A DNA stretch of 64,000 nucleotides from Ramlibacter sp. (lineage in GTDB: Bacteria > Pseudomonadota > Gammaproteobacteria > Burkholderiales > Burkholderiaceae_C). Below the pieces are notes generated by a model. That model was not told the DNA's origin. It made no database searches and saw only the letters and a list, made by a program, of their open reading frames with translations. How positions within the stretch are numbered: the stretch's first letter is position 1; the number at the start of each line of letters is the position of its first letter. The position numbers and the translations under genes were made by a program. The stretch spans positions 177 through 64,176 of the forward strand of contig NZ_JARXAB010000172.1 of the NCBI RefSeq assembly GCF_029866045.1. Reading direction: 5' to 3'. Below are positions 29,501 through 35,141 of this stretch, piece by piece.

Positions 29501-30401
29501 GGGCGCCCGTACCCAGGCTGCTGGTGGCCGGCATCCGGCTCACCGTGTTGCCGGAGGCGGACCCAGGCATGCCGCCCGACCCGCCATCGGCCGGGCCCGA
29601 GGCCATGGACGAGGGCCCGGGCGCGGGTGCAGACCCGGGTGCAGGCAAGGTGCCGGACGCAGCTTGCGCTGCCGCGTTGCCGGGCGCCTGGGTCGGGGGC
29701 GTGGCGGGCGGGGTGGCCGGCACGGCACCGCCAGCACTGGCCTGGGTTTCCGTGCTTCCTGAGACCACGGGCACCGCACCGCTGCCCAGGGCCGCCACGA
29801 TGGACGCGCCCATGGTCGGCGCGTTGGCGTCGGCATTGGTAGCGGACGCCGAAGGATTGGCCGGCACAGAGACGGGCGACTGCGCGCCGATCTGCGTCGG
29901 GTTGGTGACCGACTGCACGCTGCCCGCCGCGAGCTGGTCGAGGATCTGGTCGCCAAAGCTGCGGTCAGGGCCTCTCGGAGCGGGCGTTGCCGGCGCGTTG
30001 TCCGACTCCAGCGCAGGCCGGGCGGGTGCCGCGTCGCCAGTGTCGCGAAGTCCCGGGAGGGTGACGCCAGCGGGAGGCGTTCTCCCATCGTTCAGGACGC
30101 CCCCACCGGCCTGCGCCAGCAGGTGATCGCCGGCATGCGGCATGGCCCGCAGTTGCTGCATCAGCAGCTGAATGCGCGTCTCGGACAAGGCCGCCCAGCC
30201 ACCCGCCTCGAGGGTGCTGGCCAGTTCCAGATTCTGTTCACCCCCCTCAGCGCGCAGCAGGGAGACCAGTTGGTCCAGCAGCTGCATCGACTGCTCCGAG
30301 AGTCCCGACGCGCCGGCGCCCTGGGGCTCGACGCTGAAGCGCTCGGTCGTTGGGAGGGCGGGTTTCTTTTCCATATTCTTCGGCTCCGCTGGTCTACTCA
30401 C
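8538..30401 (-). CDS. Giant (~7,290 aa) acidic Calx-beta repeat surface protein/adhesin; likely T1SS substrate
   Basis: Uninterrupted ORF with about 30+ divergent Calx-beta-like units (EG..F.V.R.G..V.W...DF...G.V.F..G......V..D...E..E.F.V.L....I.NDD). No Sec signal peptide; flanked by tolC and ABC/HlyD genes. Alternative start ATG at 30374. Confidence 0.92.
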   Translation of the reverse strand: MSRPAEPKNMEKKPALPTTERFSVEPQGAGASGLSEQSMQLLDQLVSLLRAEGGEQNLELASTLEAGGWAALSETRIQLLMQQLRAMPHAGDHLLAQAGGGVLNDGRTPPAGVTLPGLRDTGDAAPARPALESDNAPATPAPRGPDRSFGDQILDQLAAGSVQSVTNPTQIGAQSPVSVPANPSASATNADANAPTMGASIVAALGSGAVPVVSGSTETQASAGGAVPATPPATPPTQAPGNAAAQAASGTLPAPGSAPAPGPSSMASGPADGGSGGMPGSASGNTVSRMPATSSLGTGAPVVNASFITPFVEQKVSATGSLLSEAAVPGSTDASNTKNSTSFVRPTTAEVGSNVLPIANAQAREQSAPLAPPAPPEAPNPFGSATFVLGNTEAEGAGPLGPKEFYEGTSSLGATLIPLVITRVNPMMPDSLPFEIRGISANDLQGIVDAAGVAITLTESADGVLRGFAQFAGGQKTQTLTLKVAQDAAPEDDEQLAVTLFDGTFVRMPGGQQQIEVVIVDDDSPVWLDPKVTITSGRYALNGDGIAVLIEDTGEDPRLALDDEGDPILDDNGNPTLIEGSSAASGAARELIFTVYREDTTLAKVASYTLQGIASSDLAWGSLSSGVRFEVGQEVAYVHVYLKQDARWDADTTLALQLKYQPAQPDPDRPTRTGIELLDDDGWTYSLDTANVGAFEGNPVTGGNENRNNWTSVVFTIKRDPRMEGAALDSDSVSWEVSFADGTVNAADIRETRGTVDFAAGETEKPLVVYVRKDPTIEPSELLTVKLTGTTTAAPLSRIDPTKASETMTIINDDPTVGIDLEADGTANVVFEGNEIVFVVRRATGLDYTGPNGGPLVIDWTLVPKSLGDTSLPSAGNRSGSVDFYPGETEKIIRVRTQNDELVNGDQRYYLAITCEDPKVQIAGSVIEGLVMSNDVDISVTSIEALGLDDAGLATYTATITRTGALGFAHSVTWDLYGVGENPARTEDFRMPADGARVISFAAQSDSSVESDTQTITFKALPGMIVDGARGFEVKLTDRVGDDVLLGTSAARGTIIPNGVSVSVVAVQSSLLEGSSEATDNAHQFRVTLSDEALGDVKVNWKVIPYTTNAADSVINAERSDFGGTYPSGSVTIAEGDLESALISVLPSWDNEVEANQRFYVQIELDATSASLGGVAVDRALGVIVNDDALVGFASADMTFNGDEGAADAQGSVQATVTRTGFARSNVTVNWHVELIGSGIPAEDRAALDDFFEGLPSGYVEMVSGQTAVTIDIPVNGDNRLENSEKFRIVLDSVTGGAQLLEANRVATGRVVNDDAVIFMVQGSQTELEGQGGTRILEVLVQRETAGARLPSASFQWEVALPSSAESLATTADFSGNRLPRGAGLFQAGETTAKIQITLTADNLVEGDDSFVVNLTGTNANQHMLSADPALLTTLVTLGNDDDVVSFDPAASNLSQVVLEDGAGHLGQELVYTLTRTGFVDKETAVNWSLNLGSGANPASPSDFLDSRGFAYADRDSFGIPTAVGGTATFASGSDTAEIRIRVNPDIVLEESESFTLALASTDLAANGSTLASSNTSASGQLTNDDLRVTATLDRLTQAEDDVGQSTTFTYTLTRSGAIEQDTDIHWVVQGSRIVLDPDGANPRTLATRLSDEEITSVQEGDLSWSSTDGVGATRTITVIVAGDAAVEANEAFELVVTNNPNGYQADVSGANGIQGAVIDNDAIVSIEAYAASMSEGSEGQTRSITFKVTRSGDLSQAITVALNVTGTTSATGPPSVTLPAGDQEAVTLTFADGRTETYTLRGDKQTVDVAYTIAGDNLLETGEKLQVALGTISGVAAGHNVTIASGKGSATTLLTNDDIRIYTTVQTVAAPGSGNPTDTVFNAVTQRYERLEGWSADSPGDPHNTVTYTLSRDGDSSLRAIELSWRVLPSGTFVVDAEDFGIGQDRIGNDGLPSGRVTFAEGATTASAPIVITLSGDQSVEPSEGMALRLTSSDANVEFDPITEDRVYLKADDSGFSVVSRGTKVDDGVGLFHREVDEGNDPSAKRYVEFDLSGIGVAGTKHWKVSGATAADFVDGTALTGSFTYDDLNPSTLVRLELRQDSLVNVDVEATLTLYNDAVFSSPITDLASRTVRDSVTIIDEDAQVSIRATTINLTSGAVWEGNDANLDSVATTSTATNRLNGTDEYLELRFEVDRGDNVKQVSTVPWSVALTANSLNAADFWDLPTTETASGWYDAATHTVQGWVEFPALLDDGENSDEAQTQTITLRVVRDWLEEGNETVQVVLGTPSAGTSLTGGSQSAQTVIKNDDATVQFTSNYMVNGGAPVTHDEGNGNISGTPATTSFTFSLTRTGYTDQTSTVYWDLDREDINIFDFYPLAPSVNYGMPTGEVVFAFGETTKSITVDVVPDDFTQVWWPYTYPTTPQQLEGDETFTVELHNGSWQPASYGQVLVTSPGTAVVGRPEAQAIIVNDDVQIQITNVRTNLPEGTGPSTEAGRVGDVNPALDGVQRYIEHSITFERQGDPRQAVSFSWQIDLGTNELMDSNGAVVVNGMPGIGANGEYDIATGADISVASSLVVTAGAVTGTIFWAAGETGSKTIIFRPEGDDTVEDNIGFVLYTTANSPLIDEFTSSTGDTTVVNSPINDSKALARFNIFRDEAKVWVSNEIVSQYVPSDSIQASMSQTYRAFDNYPYDTWWNVDYNYSGNPTDPNNTFEGSLGTAAAGSDYAATSRSLTFSEAARTQTVQVAITNDSTYETSEALGLFLSGAQRGSIGDSQSTITLADNDSSVQGHWLKVFGNTGIEGVDASADFRVDLGQALTQDTRFTFEFNQSGDTAAQTNDEDGEGDYSRYFEYSTDGGLSWQTNAPVYQFDYVRDGSSLLADHATLVYELDNTFGSGWDNWLDFGDLKQDAGYRVGEVSYGKSRGGASDLYNIVVGGCCDAWFDGNGNGLRDAVEADAYDFEEDEPLFDIADGSYTITFMSLPGEDLNLDGFGADDRIRIDMAAMRSHPEWDEWFGNRAYRLGSIQTKDDWSRSGGRTGSSTWEQRLTGFDSCVAVNLRSDYWDTNTHDNRVWVVAETSDGDCSCTRIVRFDSNTDIEGQWHRDVAGAFEQVSFVNYQSDGGQDNTESYTVWIPVRADVTLDPDALGVRIDGSGGEMTGAIGGVLSLDDESDEALALREEFLAWWDQAFNEEGSNVDDVLAYFAQFAARLSDAPQAQFVKVDIEWDGFGVLSWSVDGLDAADVLAPQDDSVFSALQLLQDVTVAAGNSRVDADIELAATAALCEVNTGISAVDALEPEVYRPAFEVLTDQTDDQNVRTVTMVVTRPAGLGADAVSYTANFPETLTAEHLLEGSAAISGVVQFAAGQTRAELTFIFDAEVVTPLPEPIPHDIRVIVDHNPNTDVVGAYIDTDRDGVLDASEAVSANLAFSSRGNDLVDLATNRVTIRFNDLPDAPLDFVGFGADDRIELNTDEMARNGWLMGFDGYERTREFGGDTASHLDCDAASSELSQEGRTVWGQNYSWTLYASRPSVADCEMAYLEFQGCNTDGSPRDCTSRTVRMAEFGSSRRLNPIIDGTHALFDRVSFVQNPTIHVVVDSEGAYVDDNADGVHQEAETTLAFDAEGQDLIGIRFAPVVLRFADTPDTPLNLQGFGYDDRIELDVAAFKANGWNVGTGEIVDEQRTSEGWYDCAGCADLETSRGISVRSSQGDPFSFNVGAAVLGRYSTVEANTIGVFTEDEFGVLATFGKGTDGEVLASPIVGKGALLSRVSFVNVQPDAPAARDISVIIDQYVDANTGIQQAGAFIDLDKDGVLDANEISVANRAFDSEGLALIDLAANRVTLRMNDLFGRVDGEEGSDPSDTVVALNLSGFGLDDRIEINVNAMARNGWSMEGYLNYTSQDIGSDNSNCFYSDFSGSHCANGTTGQWFSIRAWRDARSAGYSDYHQQGPAAGLNLSLSRSDGATYFCDDFAVLNADNRLIDGQGTLISLISLVRDPLVHLVVEYSGVYFDLDADGNLDRNEAAESNRANAENGLDMDHQTVVVKFNDFPDDLLDLRGFGHDDRIEFDLSALADHGYRVPSNGRVENLRANSYGNSQSWDDGSNEGSRIWRDQYSRQRLGSDLQLEAHYTKYARHYACTQEGRDVESTRARTQLNMFTNDGGYYSLAVLGQFRRRDHQGGSAFYCETGDANHVADLGGSLLARVSFVRSDFTQVLVNHDGGWVDLDQDGVLDVSEMTDANQAFDFSVSEGQSNAVIDLGDDRTVIRFLDIPAQVLDLSGFGEDDRIEIDRTSLGLAGLRGASAYSSCSDQWSCDSDAYATNAACVSNGSGSGITVKAEMDHCSCSSGPANDTNSLWLETRNSSGGAHFKLGDFGDNTRAVHPGNMVSFVTSTIHVVVDASGAFLDTNANGAIDENEFAYAFDPGTGEPTINLDLNTVEIRFKGVPGTPLKLDGFGEDDRILIERAGFHAQGWEGADARESFTFSTESLVVKGFGTGPGERFGPFGTSGFGVVNCQSGCGLSAIAISLGMDMESEEGFRPRLEPLVDPSVQLDFNQIAFVAPSYALIEGFLGDALTLEQRGTFSGGSKTSSDTITVGEGADQILVRLPLVNDNIDETSEKVTLAVTAETGGDSFSVPEASGSARIVDDDSPVITRAFSTVYDRQMVQHYLVQSLDVNNRSGAQDGQNNGAVRVDYNDYFSYTYACDEGAAQPFQVTVTSRGQWEIVLLGDDYYDGTSQANLLTTHNSSLAFRPMKGSEVLSGGVATGAFSYVIDVPAGTRQILMRSAIQDFSTLSTAERTALVDGFGFSSEVTHVDPILVVRETVVDEGDGTASVQVVAVGGDFNNGSPSQTATVNVSTADGQWEDRQFLVVRELASAGPMTIQWAVQSDVSTLMDGRGWSNYVSGYYGQNSIDVTQSDDFILLGGQTAGTNGLPQGSVTFADGQKEAWVTVRVRTDNVGEEREDFRVVLTSTPAGTTYDPNPQRSYAFGQAGSAGYATIANDDQLFVIQGLVMNEGQNSRVEGDDALQQSSYRGLALEGLPAGLTAPTGYTLHQFIIHREGDYRAAASVDWVVRVNGIDGAGGFIETTDPTQAAGAHRAETADFLLYQGDATDAAYDGAYGLLWNAPDGDVLLSKGKTVTFAAGEKEKVVTIAVANDLLAEDAESFTVQLTHPQALPGNEGNPGVSALRGQADFLIGDNDGTTVRVDLSWVANKAGLSSLVNAKGNALANGLDDAGNVDKALYEGTSSDWLTNGDNDYTNDNTDNDRRLVLTFTRSSADATASQAFFEILLGQDNQGSNTFVYMQAEGSTGNSVYAPQHSALWRGSVNFAEGETTATVVIRIPDDNIIESNRDVTVTLFDTEHLPDSVGVTEWDINAGENLQDKADIGFANDALTRDLADWNSTRRDPDAYTATATVVDDDVRLWLDQTGMGGRAPHNIFRSGYWYDVDVGDDFVGCTGTDYTSYDRTPNLWELDGDPAFNPATNTDPAYGDAASQVFVSGVTGDVALTFARAGQQTGKIVLNWEVVLGVGYTADTSDFNPVYWNAVEGKFMGTLELPEASRFNTTNDLQVSIPNLFVPERVVEDNETFDLKFSVASIDNAPVRSGSVDGSNVLFTPDWNREPDGSYRADRNLAGWDTMTAQVVIRNDDVSYGIEWTANSRNGDATFVGNVAKVVEGDDGNTYLEFQVTRDLGDTDASAYKNASSVGWRVVGTGLNLATVSESDFLAASGTVAFSGWQWRDHETAYAPQAVTNYFADGNITDATPDKIRTVRVEIRPDLLVEYGERFKIELYNPSVGYVDPAAKEVSAVIVNDDTGLIVNDFNVTEGDSGVAQVQVTLLRVGDLNDPSEADWSKFNLDTQANDFGTGATRGALNMDSSSGTIEHAMVEGFGVESHTLTLPFAASGDAGVESDENFRVKFNRVYGIDQLLFGDSADKDDGDPIDDSVAALQNASFALTSGLNAGQSVATLQNDDTIFSVAEANVKVTENSGGSFSFTITRSVSVPQDQTVTWSVLDQGGRYLVSGNDFVGGVLPTGTVTFKPGELSKVITVPFSPNPDNGAEADEMFTVEVTSLGAGAENDTFVTSGAGARGVIVNDDGAIFVSDSKAITQKEGTDLDGALVEGDYSYYEFDVVRAGPYSGASTVDWALVLDGTASASDFTGPTRGSLSFSANGTQTVRIKMVPDAVMEGTDTFHIQLSNSSAGVSIVNATGNDGPLEIGKIGDDDYSLTVAQEVPQEGDDPVVETDGRTTIAFTITRVGSIEMATSCEWTLSFPTGSLAASVADFRDISDADANDGVISGSFVFPAGLDTYTINVPVQGDTQWEGDEPFTLTLDYDVGTSTERSTTASGVITNDDEGFSIRPITSASEGDGLITFKVVRQGDLSGSSSVTWTLTGGDTDPVSLTGAGNDFGSALTGSVSFDGTEQPVQGDDGQYYVEKTVTVNVGNDSTYERDEQFVVTLSSPSEGGSLRQDAKAQTGTLLNDDLAYWMAVDKTEVLEGDAGGSLALVTFTLHRTGSASTLASSSNVNWALSLVSGDATALQAADVIVGGQSALSGRTTFDAGSTEKTLTLQFVADGIRELDSVVRMTLSGTGSFLQGEVLGTRATVDITLNDDDDQLTVTAGQGATLAAEAPFEGNPNVDGNTANDFTSYFFNVNRVGSTLGAATVSWTVSTASGYSVNQDDIDSVWIDGVRVTDANLTDSVFGTSTITFADGDDDVREIEVRIKQDRRGEYDEGFTVTLSNPSFGSTLPTPSVTQVVPNDDPILTLSMDVTAVNEGNEEDDRAAVFRITRGGDSSVISSVDWFVSTDDDTDAADEADFGGFLPSGTVTFLEGETTKLVTVLTQGDNVFELAERFSINLANARNADILGDTSLEAVLVNDDVGLVLRAIDSALNEGVDGGETAFRFGLRAEGSPTAARGTVTWHVEGVGMHPTSADDFVGEALPSGTTSINFRNGVGTSTITVNIAGDDVYGASEQFKVVIDSFDVFDARNNALGASIVTGEATATARDDDLLIGLSQATAVVLEGDSGTTELRFYVDAISTGEGSAGLNRVVVEWSLSGLVTSDDFTAMSGEGSLTYDSVSRRYYLPVQIKGDAVPEADERFTMKLLSAHNVDSGGNVEIAKAGSTAAGVIKGDDFGLFLVTPTGAQGEDSARFVFEVVRDGPTDESMDVHVRIGVPYDLTGDGASANDFLLPEGFYMDRDGYIAGDLSFNADQTVERFVLEAVHDRKPENNERFMVEARVTEVGGEPLDTPAVSTFEGTLLTDDGNSGLHYPDAPLPEIPDPVYS
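16720..21610 (-). repeat. Seven divergent ~170-220-aa protein repeats inside the giant gene (DxDxDG loop, LxGFGxDDRI motif, variable Cys-rich segment, ending in SFV or similar)
   Basis: GFGxDDRI is encoded at ~21405, 20001, 19428, 18771, 18210, 17547 and 17025. Units 2 and 4 share near-identical DNA patches (for example 18735-18752 versus 19965-19982). Confidence 0.85.
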
Positions 30402-30482
30402 GACCAGACTCGACGGGATGCTTTGCTCGCACGCGAGGCGTTACGGCGTGTGGGGCGGGCATCGACAAGGCTCGACTCAGGC

Positions 30483-31856
30483 TTAAATCTTGGGGAGCAC
30501 GGACTGCACGGGCTGGAGGTCGAAGCTGCCGAGGTCCAGCCGTCCCACCGCCTGCATCAGGGTGATCGCCGCAATGCCGGCGTCGGCTTCGGTCGACATC
30601 AGGTCACTCAGGGCGTTGATCAGACTCAGCTCGGCGCTCAGCACTTCCAGCAGGGACCGGCGGCCCATCTGCCGCTCGGCGACCGCCATCTCGTAGTACT
30701 TGGCGGAGATGCGCACCAGGTTGGCGAGGGTCTGGCGGTTTTCCGCCGCCACCTGCACGTTGCGCCAAGCGATGGTGACCTGCTCCTCCACCAGCTGGCG
30801 GGTCTCGACCTCGCGGGCCACGCTGGCCGCATAGTCGCGGCTGACCGTGTCGACGGAACTCACGCCAGCGCCACCTGCGTTCAAGGTGTACTGAAACTGC
30901 AGATAGATCTTCTGGTCACCGAAGCTGCGGGGGTCATCGACACCATCGGTCTTGGCGCGCAGGGAGGTCTCGGCCACCACGTTGAAGCGGGGCCAAAATT
31001 CCTTGGCGTTGGTCGAACCAATGCGTTCCTGGATGGCCTGTGAGCGGAATTTGCCCACCTGGATTTGTTGGTTGTTGGCCAGGGCCATCTGCCGCGCCTC
31101 GTCCAGGGACTTGGGCATGGCCGCGGGCCGCACCACCGCAATGGTGCTGTAGTCCAGCTTGCCGGCGAGGTCAGAAAAGACGGCCCGCACGCGGGCACGG
31201 GCGATGTCAAAGGCCCCCTCAGCGCGCAGGCGGCGGGATTCGGCCGTCGTCAGTTGGACCTTGGCCTGCAGCACGTTGGACTCATAGCCTTTGCCCAGTT
31301 CCACCATCGACGATTCGATGTCGGCCTGGCGGCGCACACTCTGCTCGGACTGGCGGGAGAATTCGAGGATCTTGTCGGCGCGGACATAGCTCCAGTGCGC
31401 GGACAGCGCCTCCAGCAAGAGGCTGGCCTCCGACGCCACCGCCAGAGAGCGGCTCTGGTTGAGCACAGCCTCGGTCTCAGCGACCTGGCGGGTGCTCTTG
31501 CCGAAATCCCAGAGCTGCTGGGTGGCCTTGATCGACGCGCGCTGGTAGGTCAGGTTCTGACCGGAGGGATTGGCCAGCGAGCCGTACTTCTGGTTGCCGG
31601 TCTCACCGCTCATGTCGACGTTGGGCGTCCAGGCACGCAGGTAGGTGTCCTTCACCTTGGACTCGGCCGACCGGACGTCACTGCGCGTGGCATTGAGGCG
31701 CGGATGGGTCTTGAGCATCTCGGCCAGATTCGACTTGAGGTCCTGGGCGAACGACGTCTGCGGAGCGAGCGCCATCCCGGCGGCGATGGCGACAGCCGTC
31801 ATTCCTGCGCCGAAACCAGACTGGGCGCGAAGGCTCGTAGCGATGGATTTGCTCAT
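30483..31856 (-). CDS. TolC-family outer-membrane secretion channel
   Basis: Signal peptide, QQLWDFG, duplicated outer-membrane-efflux helical repeats and GRRSLLEVLSAE. ATG 31856 is preceded by AGGAG. Confidence 0.92.
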   Translation of the reverse strand: MSKSIATSLRAQSGFGAGMTAVAIAAGMALAPQTSFAQDLKSNLAEMLKTHPRLNATRSDVRSAESKVKDTYLRAWTPNVDMSGETGNQKYGSLANPSGQNLTYQRASIKATQQLWDFGKSTRQVAETEAVLNQSRSLAVASEASLLLEALSAHWSYVRADKILEFSRQSEQSVRRQADIESSMVELGKGYESNVLQAKVQLTTAESRRLRAEGAFDIARARVRAVFSDLAGKLDYSTIAVVRPAAMPKSLDEARQMALANNQQIQVGKFRSQAIQERIGSTNAKEFWPRFNVVAETSLRAKTDGVDDPRSFGDQKIYLQFQYTLNAGGAGVSSVDTVSRDYAASVAREVETRQLVEEQVTIAWRNVQVAAENRQTLANLVRISAKYYEMAVAERQMGRRSLLEVLSAELSLINALSDLMSTEADAGIAAITLMQAVGRLDLGSFDLQPVQSVLPKI

Positions 31857-32226
31857 TTCAACTCCTGACGATGAAATTTGTGACTCGTTGGTTAGTGGCG
31901 AGAAATTAATCAAAAACAATTCGCCCGACTTTCTCAAAGATCAGTATGTCAACATGGCCCTTTGATTCCTAAAGAAGCCCAAATTGATCTGCAATGGCTT
32001 TTGAGTAGGCTGGGCTATTTGAATATCACTTTTGCGCTCTTATGAAGCAATTAGTTTCTACGAAAAGGTCTCGGACCTGCCGCGGGCGCTGCAGCATCGG
32101 GGCTGGCACACATCAGCCAATTGGCTGGATTTGGCTTGGCGAGGGCACGACCTGTGAACATCGGACCCGGCCCCCACAAGCTTTGTTGTTCGGGCGGGCG
32201 CATCACTTTTCTTACTGCCAGAGACG

Positions 32227-33195
32227 GTGCATCAGTTGATAAACACAAGCCAGCCAGACGAGGGGACCGGGGCACCCGCGCGAGCCGGGGCCGAGGACCG
32301 CCTGCCTCACCTCCAGCGGCTAGAGGCCGAGAGCATCCACATCCTGCGGGAGGTTGTCGCCTGCTGCGAGAGGCCGGTCATGCTCTATTCGATCGGCAAG
32401 GACAGCGCCTGCATGCTTCATCTGGCGCGCAAGGCCTTTGGTCCGGCCAAGATCCCCTTCCCGCTGTTACATGTGGATACCGGGTGGAAATTCCGGGAGA
32501 TGTACCGATTTCGCGACAAGATGCAACTCGAAGCCGGCTTCGAGTTGCTCGTGCATCAAAACGCCGACGGCCTGCGCCAGGGCATCAACCCGTTCACCCA
32601 CGGGTCCCAGGTGCACACCGACGTGATGAAGACCCAGGCGCTGCGCCAGGCGCTCGATCTGCATGGCTTTGACGCGGCCTTCGGGGGGGCGAGACGCGAC
32701 GAGGAAAAGTCGCGCGCCAAGGAGCGGGTGTTTTCCTTCCGATCGCAGAACCACCAGTGGGATCCGCGCAACCAGCGCCCCGAGTTGTGGAACCTCTTCA
32801 ACACCCGCACCCGGCCGGGTGAGAGCCTGCGGGTGTTTCCCCTGTCCAACTGGACCGAACTCGACGTGTGGCTGTACATCCACCAGGAAAAAATTCCCGT
32901 CGTCCCGCTTTACTTTGCCAAGGAGCGACCGGTGGTCGAGCGAAGTGGCACCCTGATCATGGTTGACGACGATCGCATGCCGCTGCGGCCCGGCGAGACA
33001 CCGGTGATGCGCAAGGTGCGCTTTCGCACCCTGGGGTGCTACCCGCTGACCGGCGCCGTCGAGTCCGAGGCCCAGACCCTGCCCGACATCATCGGAGAGA
33101 TGCTTCGCTCGCGCAGTTCCGAGCGGCAAGGGCGCCTGATCGACCACGACGGCGCCGCATCGATGGAAAAGAAAAAGCAGGAGGGTTATTTCTGA
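32227..33195 (+). CDS. cysD: Sulfate adenylyltransferase subunit 2
   Basis: [55 protein letters not shown] and the C-terminal [10 protein letters not shown]. Confidence 0.97.
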   Translation: MHQLINTSQPDEGTGAPARAGAEDRLPHLQRLEAESIHILREVVACCERPVMLYSIGKDSACMLHLARKAFGPAKIPFPLLHVDTGWKFREMYRFRDKMQLEAGFELLVHQNADGLRQGINPFTHGSQVHTDVMKTQALRQALDLHGFDAAFGGARRDEEKSRAKERVFSFRSQNHQWDPRNQRPELWNLFNTRTRPGESLRVFPLSNWTELDVWLYIHQEKIPVVPLYFAKERPVVERSGTLIMVDDDRMPLRPGETPVMRKVRFRTLGCYPLTGAVESEAQTLPDIIGEMLRSRSSERQGRLIDHDGAASMEKKKQEGYF

Positions 33196-35141
33196 TGGCC
33201 CACCAGGACCCCCTCATCCACCAGGACATCGACGCCTACATACGGCAGCACCAAAACAAGAGCCTGCTGCGCTTCATCACCTGCGGCAGTGTCGACGACG
33301 GCAAGAGCACGCTGATCGGCCGGCTGCTGTACGACAGCAAGATGCTGTTCGAAGACCAACTGCAGGCCCTCGAGGCCGATTCGCGCAAGGTGGGCACCCA
33401 GGGCGACGGCCTCGACTTCGCACTGCTGGTCGACGGCCTGGCGGCCGAGCGCGAGCAGGGCATCACCATCGACGTGGCGTACCGCTACTTCTCCACCGCG
33501 ACGCGCCAGTTCATCGTGGCCGACACACCGGGCCACGAGCAGTACACCCGCAACATGGTCACGGGAGCGTCCACCGCCGACGCCGCAATCGTGCTGGTCG
33601 ACGCCCGCAAGGGCTTGCTGACCCAGACCCGCAGGCACACCTACCTCTTGTCTCTGATGGGAATTCGTCACGTTGTGCTCGCGGTGAACAAGATGGACTT
33701 GGTCGGGCATGACCCCGCGGTTTTCGACGCAATCGCGCGGGACTATGCCTCCCTCGCCGGGCGGCTGGGTATCCCGGACATAGCAGCCATTCCGGTGTCG
33801 GGGCTACGCGGTGACAACATCCTCGACCGCAGCGCCCACATGCCCTGGTATGCGGGCCCCACGCTCATGGCCTGGCTCGAGGCGGTGAAGGTGGAGCAGC
33901 ATGCGCTCGTCGCCCCGGCACGCTTTCCGGTGCAATGGGTCAACCGACCCCACCAAGACTTTCGGGGCTACGCCGGCACCCTGGCCAGCGGCACGCTGCA
34001 GGTGGGCGAGCGGGTGCGCGTGCAGCCCTCGGGTCGGGAAACGACCCTTGCCGCCATCCACACCCACAACGGGGCGCAGGCAAGCGCGATCGAGAGAGCC
34101 ATTGCGGGCCAGGCAGTCACCCTGTTGCTGGCCGATGAGGTCGACGCGGCGCGCGGCGACATGATCGTGCCGGCCCAGTCACCCGCCTGCGTGGCCAACC
34201 AATTTCTCGCCCACCTGGTGTGGATGAATGACGAGCCCCTGTTTCCGGGTCGGCACTACCTGCTGCAGTGCGGCACCCAGAGCGTGCCAGCCACGGTCAC
34301 CCGCATCAAGCACGAGGTGAACATGGACTCCCTGGACGAGCGAGCGGCCGACAAGCTGACCCTCAATGCGGTCGCACAGGTGAACATGAGCATCGAGCGG
34401 CCCCTGGTGTTCGACCCCTACTTACAAAACCGGCAGGCAGGCGCCTTCATCATGGTCGACCGCCTGAGCTTTCAGACGGTGGGCGCCGGGATGATCACGC
34501 ACGAGTTGCGGCGGGCCACCAACATCCAGCCCCAGCATTTCGTGATCGGCAAGGCTGAGCGGGCTGCAATGAATGGACAAACGCCCCGCGTGCTGTGGTT
34601 CACCGGCCTGTCGGGCTCGGGCAAGAGCACCATTGCCAACCAGCTTGAGAAGACTCTCTTTGCCCGCGGGCTGCGCACCTATGTGCTCGACGGCGACAAC
34701 ATGCGTCACGGCCTGAACAAGGACTTGGGTTTTACCGAGCAGGACCGGATCGAAAACATCCGCCGGGCGGCCGAGGTGGCCAAGCTCATGATGGACGCCG
34801 GCCTGATTGTGATCACCACCTTCATCTCGCCCTTCAGGGCAGACCGCGAAGCCGCCCGCGCCCTGTTCAAGCCGGGCGAGTTCCTGGAGGTATTCATCGA
34901 CACACCGCTGGCGGTGTGCGAAGACCGGGACCCCAAGGGGCTTTATCGCAAGGCCCGAACCGGACAGGTGCGTAACTTCACCGGCATTGACTCGCCCTAC
35001 GAGCCGCCGCTGAATGCAGAACTGGTCATCGACGGCTCTGAGGGGCTCGATGCCAGCGCATGCGCGCAGCGCATCCTCGACCATCTGCTAGACCGCCCGC
35101 AGGACGGGGCTCGAGGGACTTCCAAAGAGGAGCCTGCGTGA
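33195..35141 (+). CDS. cysNC: Bifunctional sulfate adenylyltransferase subunit 1 / adenylylsulfate kinase (CysN-CysC fusion, NodQ/RaxQ-like)
   Basis: GTPase motifs [18 protein letters not shown] and NKMD. APS kinase motifs [22 protein letters not shown] and RDPKGLY. The ATG overlaps the cysD stop (TGATG). Confidence 0.96.
   Translation: MAHQDPLIHQDIDAYIRQHQNKSLLRFITCGSVDDGKSTLIGRLLYDSKMLFEDQLQALEADSRKVGTQGDGLDFALLVDGLAAEREQGITIDVAYRYFSTATRQFIVADTPGHEQYTRNMVTGASTADAAIVLVDARKGLLTQTRRHTYLLSLMGIRHVVLAVNKMDLVGHDPAVFDAIARDYASLAGRLGIPDIAAIPVSGLRGDNILDRSAHMPWYAGPTLMAWLEAVKVEQHALVAPARFPVQWVNRPHQDFRGYAGTLASGTLQVGERVRVQPSGRETTLAAIHTHNGAQASAIERAIAGQAVTLLLADEVDAARGDMIVPAQSPACVANQFLAHLVWMNDEPLFPGRHYLLQCGTQSVPATVTRIKHEVNMDSLDERAADKLTLNAVAQVNMSIERPLVFDPYLQNRQAGAFIMVDRLSFQTVGAGMITHELRRATNIQPQHFVIGKAERAAMNGQTPRVLWFTGLSGSGKSTIANQLEKTLFARGLRTYVLDGDNMRHGLNKDLGFTEQDRIENIRRAAEVAKLMMDAGLIVITTFISPFRADREAARALFKPGEFLEVFIDTPLAVCEDRDPKGLYRKARTGQVRNFTGIDSPYEPPLNAELVIDGSEGLDASACAQRILDHLLDRPQDGARGTSKEEPA

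Noticed and set aside
32205-32222. ops/JUMPstart-like element (minus strand GGCAGTAAG) upstream of the long tolC-giant transcript
   Set aside because: Does not match GGCGGTAG well, and no RfaH/NusG paralogue is in the window.
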